Assembly (NCBI GenBank): GCA_009914755.4 | Contig: CP086569.2 | Span: 18,080,001-18,144,000 of the forward strand | From: the human T2T-CHM13v2.0 reference genome, Homo sapiens | DNA length: 64,000 bases | Direction: 5' to 3' | Shown: positions 57,303 through 64,000 of the stretch, one piece after another | Position numbering within the stretch: the first letter of the stretch is position 1 | How the letters are laid out: each line of letters begins with the position of its first letter | Made by a program: the position numbers and the translations under genes | Notes under the pieces: model-generated | What the model was told of the DNA's origin: nothing | What the model saw: only the letters and a program-made list of their open reading frames with translations | Databases searched by the model: none

Positions 57303-60300
57303 TATTTGAAATTTATCTGGAGTTGCATCTCATGAATAGATGTAAGATCAAGACTGATTTGCCTCTAAAACATTGAATATCCCTATCTCTGCTTATGGTA
57401 CCATTTTCCTGAAAGAAAAATTAGTTTTCAGTGCCTTGGCCTTGGATTACAGACTTATTTACTCATTGGCAAACTTCATCAACCCTTTTACTATTCTAAT
57501 GATGACATTATTTATACTAATTTCTTGTATGTTATTTTGTATTATTCTGCAGCTATATAATGATAATATTTTCTTTATCTTTATAAACAAATAACCCTTC
57601 CTATTTCTCTTACATTTTGAATGTCAGGAATCCTAATAGAGCACTGAGTAATAAAAGGTGATTATAAGAATCAGTGTCTTTTTTACTTTGAAGCATAGAA
57701 ATGTATGCACATTTATATGAGTGTTTGAAGCTTTCAGTATCAGATTTTTTAATGGTTTGATAGAACACATTTATGATTTTTAGATTTACTAGATTTTTGA
57801 TGAGAGATTCTATTTTTCTAATGGAAACTTGTCTTTTGAGAGTTTTGTGTCATTGTTCATAAATTCAAAACATTTAGGGTGGTCTATTACATTCTAAGGT
57901 GTTGTAATAGATTGGTGAAGAAAACCAAATAAAGTTTCTACTTTCATGAACTTTTTTTTCTTCCTGGAGTGAACAAAGGAAAAGAATGTGTAAAGTAAGT
58001 AACTTGTGTGGCATTTTGGGAATTGATGCTTGCTATTGAAACATAGAAAAGTGCATTGGCTTAAGTGGGTGGAAAGCACTGCAGAGGGGAGCCAGACATT
58101 GCATTGAAGAGTGGCCAGGGTCCCTTTCCTTGGGGAGGTGGTGTTGGAGCAATGATTTGAAAGTGGTGGTGAGAAAGTTGGTAAAGCAGGTATCTGGGGG
58201 ACTAGGTCACTAGGGAGTGAAAATACCAAAATTAATATCCCCAAATTGTTCCAGGAAGATCCAAGGATCCAGGAGAGATGAAACTTATTGAACAAAAACA
58301 TACATAGGATACCAGATTCAATACAGAACCAAGAGTAAGCCTTTGGGTGATGCTGAAAATCATGCATGGTCAAACTTCTTTCATTAGCAATTCATGGGTC
58401 TATCATTCCCACACCTGCTGCTTAAAAAAAATGCATTGTACTTTAAGCCAGCCATAACTTTATGGGATAATTATTCCAATTAGAACATTTTTCTCTGCCT
58501 AGCATAAAATTTTCACCATTTTTTCTATTACATTTAATCAAACAAGTAATAACTAAGTGCATCTGTAGTTTGGAAAATAAAATGAAACAAAAGGAGAAGG
58601 AGTAAAAGTAAAAATTCTAACCGTCCCTTTCCCCACAATAATAACCCCATGCCTGATACATATATTAGGAATTTGAAGAATCTCCCTGAGTCCTGCTACA
58701 TCAGCACTTTTGGGATTAATCCATGGGTGTTGAAAGGAATGAATTGTATGTTTGGGGAAATGATTCAGATTACCTTTGCTAATTGTTTCTTTGAAATCCT
58801 GAGTATTTCAAATATGTTCGAATTAACATGAAATACCGGTTTCTGAGGAAATATGATTAAAGTCTCTAAATATAAATAGGCCTTTTCAATTTGTTTTTTA
58901 ATTTCTACAGTGATTGCTCCATGGTTATTGAAGTTTCTTAAAGAATCATACTACATATAGTTATAAAATAACTCTCTTTTCTCAGTTACATTTTCATCCT
59001 GGGTTTTATATTAATTTAATAGTTACACTATTTTCCTGAAAGAAAAATCAGTTTTCTGTGCCTTGGTCTTGGATTACAGACTTATTTACTCATTGGCAAA
59101 CTTCATCAGCCATTTTACTATTCTAATGATAATATTATTTACACTTTATTTGTCACTGTTTACCTGGGATAATATTTCTATTGCTTTATTTTCAACTTTT
59201 TCTTTGTTATTTATGTTTTAAGTATTTTTAAATTAAACCATATAGCTGGATGGTGCTTTTCTTATCCAATATAAGAATGTTTTAATTTTGATGAGTATCT
59301 TATTTAGTTTGCATTTGTTAATGTATCCATTTTATCTCATGTTTTCTTTTATATTCCAACTGGCATATGAGTGTTTCTTTTGTCATTCCTTTTATTATTT
59401 TTCCATCTGTTGTTCTTGCTAGACTGAGTATGAGTAAAGTGGTCTTCTTGTGCCAGATGGCTATGTGTGAACTTATTTACATTCACATCTGTTGTAGACC
59501 TAAAATCAATAAAGCTGTAAATATTCTTTAAAAAACATATTTAGGGCTTAGGTCAATATTAGAAGTAATTATCACATATTCTTCAATTTGTGGAGTTTTT
59601 GGAATAAGCCAAAATCCTTTAACACCTAAAAAAGGATAGCATACTAATGTATTGATAATTAACACTCAGAGTCAAATTTCTAAGTAATTTTCATTTCTGT
59701 CAGTATTCATTAGAATTAAATTTTACTGTGTGCACAAGCCTTAATCTAATCAGAAAATCCATTAAAAAAAAAAAAAAAAAACTTCTCTGATCAGTCATGG
59801 GAAGAAAAAATTTGGCATCATTACCCAAAAGGCAGCAAACTGTATGAAATCTAAGACATTGTTTACACTAAACTTATTTTCATATTCCCTGGCACTGCAT
59901 AATTCAAACCCCCCCTGTGCTAAATGGGATATTTTCATCTTTAACATGAAGAGGAAAAAATATAACCTTTTAAAAGCAAATATTCAGGTGGGAATGTTAG
60001 GTGTTTGCCTGAAAAGCCATTCATTTTTGCTTCAGCAAAGCAATTTGCAGTAGAGAATGATTTCCATCTCAGCTAGAAGACTGGAAAATGAGACTGTAAG
60101 TGGGAGTGTTTTACCGGGCCTCTTAGCTTTGGATCCCAGTCTTGCCAAGCTACGTGATGATATTTTAGCACTTTTTGTAATCTTGCCCTGATTTTCAGAG
60201 GATGTGTTTGGGTTTTCTGCCATTTAGTGCTCTGGTTGGAATTTGAATCTGGATGGATCTTTAGGCAAATTTAAATTTTGGTTTATGAATGAAGAGCAGA

Positions 60301-60939
60301 CCTTTTTATAATGATTCCCAAATTAAACAAAATTCTTCAAATACAAATGGTAATTGGCTTATTTCAATCTCAAAGGAGTTGGCATTCACAGGAAACATTC
60401 CCAACTTTCTTGTGTGGGGCAGTCCGTAGAATACAAACATTAGCCAAGCAGAGGCCTCAAAGGCCTGTGTATTTCTACAGTCACAGTGAACTCAACAAAA
60501 TTGAATTCTGCAAGTTCTTTCTTAAAAGTATGCATTAGCATAGATATAAATAGAATAACTACTTTCCCTTGGAGGTGAAAGTAACTTGCTGTAGGAAAAA
60601 AAATATTTTCTCTAACATCATATTAGAAATCTCTTCTCTCTCTTTGACTAAAACTATCTGCCTTACTAATTAAAAATTTGAAGGATGCTGAGAAACGTGG
60701 AGCTTTGAGTAAGAATAAAAGAACATTCTAGTATTGAAAGAAGACAGCTTTCAGAGTTTGAAAGAACAACATTCTTAGAACTTGCATATATATACTTAGG
60801 AAAATTAAAAATGACCATCTGTGCAAATGGTCATAAACTCAGGTAGCAGTAGAATCCTGGCACAGGGGTGTGAAGAATTTACTCTGAATTCCTGAGCTAT
60901 TTTCCCTTTGCTAAATCATTTACATCTCTAAGACACAAG

Positions 60940-61068
60940 TTTCTTTCTTTACCTTTCTTTCTTTCCTTCCTTCCTCTCTTTCTTTCTCTCTTTCTTTTTC
61001 TTTCTTTCTTTTTCTTTTTCTTTCTTCCTCTCTTTCTTCCCCTTCCTTCCTTCCTTTCTTTCTTCTTC

Positions 61069-61131
<63 letters not shown>

Positions 61132-61140
61132 TCCTTCTTC
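60940..61140 (+). repeat. (TTTC)n / (TTCC)n polypyrimidine simple repeat, about 200 bp
   Basis: ctttctttctttctttctttc... with ttcc/tctc variants. Translation on the minus strand gives artefactual KERK repeats. Confidence 0.95.
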
Positions 61141-61144
61141 TCTC

Positions 61145-61437
<293 letters not shown>

Positions 61438-62012
61438 CTCAACTTTCTTTTTTTATATTTTATTTTATGTTCTGGAGTACAGGTGCAGGATGTGCAGGTC
61501 TATTGCACAGGCACACATTTACCTAGGTTCAACTTTCTCAGTTGTAAAAAGCCAATAAATTATAAGACAGTGTTTGTGCACTTTAGACAGTTACAGAATT
61601 ATTCATTACTTTGAATGTTGTTCTGAATTTGTGGAGGAACTAGATTTGGATTACTAAAAGTTACTGGTGAGAACATTTATTCAAGAGTAACATTTTGGAA
61701 ACCCATTGCCTTCCAAGACTGAAGTCAAGTTTCAAGTGCAGCACTGCAGAGAGGTAATGAAACCACTTTTGCAAAATTTATAACACTAAGAAAATTATGA
61801 CTGTGAAAGAGATCTGTCCTAACTCCATCTTTCCTTTAGTCTCCAAACTGCCCTGGTCATTCCTCGGCATGTGCCAAACTAACTTTGGGAGAACTTCAGT
61901 TTGTACTTTAAATGATAATAGCCCTTCCCAAAATTAAACTGCCTTTGTAAAACTAATGAAAGGCCACCAGCTTAGGAGAATGACAGCTGCCTGAAGTGTG
62001 CTAATATATAGG

Positions 62013-62392
62013 TGACATGGTTTGTCTGTGTCCCCACCCAAATCTCATCTTGAATTAAAGCTCCCAAAATTTTCATGTGTCATGGGAAGGACCTGGTTGG
62101 AGATAATTGAATCATGGGGGTGGGTTTTTCCCATGTTATTCTCGTGATAGGAAATAAGTCTTATAGGTCTGACGGTTTTATAAGAGAGAGTTCTTCTGCA
62201 CCTATTCTCTCTTGACTGCCACCATGTAAAATGCACCTTTGCTTCTCCTTTGCCTTCTGCCATGATTGTGAGGCCTCCCTAGACATGTGGAACTGTGAGT
62301 CCATTAAATCTCTTTCCTTTATAAAGAGACATACCAGTCTCAGATACGTTTTTATTAACAGCATGAAAACACACTAATACAATAGGTGAAGT
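62013..62392 (+). mobile_element. MaLR solo LTR, THE1/MST family, nearly full length
   Basis: tgacatggtttgtctgtgtccccacccaaatctcatcttgaattaaagctcccaaaatt...ggaaggacctggttggagataattgaatcatgggggtgggtttttcccatgttattctcgtgataggaaataagtct...gccatgattgtgaggcctccctagacatgtggaactgtgagtccattaaatctctttcctttataaa...acactaatacaa. Confidence 0.85.
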
Positions 62393-64000
62393 TAAACCAT
62401 TACCATTACCAACCATTATTCTGAAGGTCACAAGATTTGCAAATTCCTGAAATTCTCCTGTAAATAACATTGCTGGGCCAGGTGTCAGAGCCCCAGCTTC
62501 AGGAATTGGTCACCTTCAGGTTGATAAGAATTCACCAACAACAGTGTAGGTTTGTAAAAGGAAGTTCTACAAGATAGAAAGAACACCGTAGCAGGGTGCA
62601 GGGGGAGAGGAGTACCTTAGTGAGAGAGGACTGAGAGCACTGCAGTAGATTTTTCTGTAGAGGTGTTTATGAAACTTAAAGGGGTAGGTGAAGGGTAATT
62701 TTCATGATAAATGATTACATTTGTAGACATTTTGGTGCCTTTATGTGGGCAAATGTTATACAATGAGTTTCAGTTTGCATGCATTTGGAGATGTGTAGAA
62801 ATTCTAATTACTTATGAAAATTGAGAGTCCTGGAAACAGATGCTACCTTTAGATACCAGGGAAGTTTAATTACTTCTAAATTCCCCAGATGAAGTTTGTC
62901 TCTGGATGTCCTGTTTGATGGTCATCAGGTGGTCTTTGTTTTCTTCTAAATTCCTCAGAGAGGGAGTTTTTGTCACAAGGACCTGTTCAATGGTCCCTAG
63001 GTGATATTCACTCTTCTTAAACATCACTATTGTAGAACCTAAGACTGGCCTTTTTTGATGTCTTTTCAGATTTTTACATTTCTGATGACCAGATGGCTCC
63101 AGACTCAAGATTCATGACTCAGTGATCCTGTGGTCCCAGCTAGAAGGGAACTCAGCACACAAGGACCATCTTCCACACCCCTCTGATTGCATACACAACC
63201 AATTGGCAGCATTCATTCTCTAGCCCACTGGCTGTCAAACTGTCTCCACATTTTTGATGAGGCTGATTTGGACAATAATAAAACTCTGGTCTCCCATTTA
63301 GCTGGCTCTATGTGAATTAAACTCTTTCTCTATTGCAATTCCCCTGTCTTGATAGATCAGCTCTATCTGGGCAGTGGGCAAGATGAACCCATTGGGCAGT
63401 TACAGGAAGGCAGCAGGAATCTTTAGATTAAGACCAGATGTGAGGGCTGCATCATCATGACATGAGGCATGAAACCAAATCAGTCTCTTTTGACCCTGAA
63501 GAATTTACCAGGGCTTTTATGCTCCTGCCAAATAGAGTTGAGCCAACTGGCAGGGCATAGAACTGTGAATTCTGCAAAATGGATATGGCTTAGAGAAAAA
63601 TGGGATGACTATGCAATGATCAGTGATTCCTAGATAAGCTTGTAATCATAATAGATTCACTGTGTGATGTACACAGCAATATGGAGAGACATTGGATTGC
63701 AACACAGAAAGATAGCCTCCAAACAAAGAGAGAAGAGAAAACCTCAAATTCATCTTTCAAGGAATTTGGTGCCAGGGTTTTTAAGAGTTTTAGAGTGGGC
63801 TGAAGTGTGGAGATGGTTGATTGGTGGGAGACTGCAGGATAGAGTCACGAGTCAGAGAGAGGAAGAAGCTGTGTTCTCATGCTGATCGCATTCCTCTGTG
63901 GACATCTTCAAATTGTTGCCAGAATTCAGGGCCTGAAAAACATTTTAAGAAATTCTTAAACAAATGTCTTATGATTCTAATGTCAGAGATATTGCCTATA

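Overview
This window is primate (almost certainly human) nuclear DNA, AT-rich and very repeat-dense, and I can support no protein-coding gene, rRNA, tRNA or CRISPR locus in it. The largest feature is an internally deleted ERV9/HERV9 provirus on the minus strand at about 11273-19324. It carries LTR12-type LTRs at both ends, with the 5' LTR missing its U3 enhancer-repeat block. Recognisable remnants of gag, pol and env TM survive, including a CCHC zinc finger, the major homology region, a PPxY motif, RT with YVDDLLLA, RNase H, and the TM fusion peptide and CX6CC motif. Integrase and env SU are replaced by a CT-rich tract. Abutting the 5' LTR is a 1.5 kb GC-rich, CpG-retaining, ORF-dense island at 19325-20880 that I cannot identify. 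A near-full-length but coding-dead L1PA-like element (39284-45370, +) is followed directly by a second L1 3' fragment with an intact ORF2 C-terminus (45371-46250, +). There are several other L1 fragments in both orientations. About 25 Alu elements are present. One is a human-specific AluYb8-type insertion with a perfect 10-bp target-site duplication (8132-8434). Another is a near-consensus AluY nested in the poly-A tail of an older Alu (54603-54933). Other repeats include two solo THE1/MST-like LTRs, an MLT1-like LTR, microsatellites, long polypyrimidine tracts, a short (TTAGGG)3 block, a 'cattgtacat' minisatellite and several local segmental duplications. I see no evidence of a novel biological system. 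The notable observations are structural: the asymmetric ERV9 LTRs, the unexplained GC island, candidate polymorphic Alu insertions, local duplications, and a TATA+CCAAT+GT-donor promoter-like block just upstream of the ERV9. All coordinates are hand-derived from the printed sequence and are approximate to within about 10 bp unless a TSD is stated.
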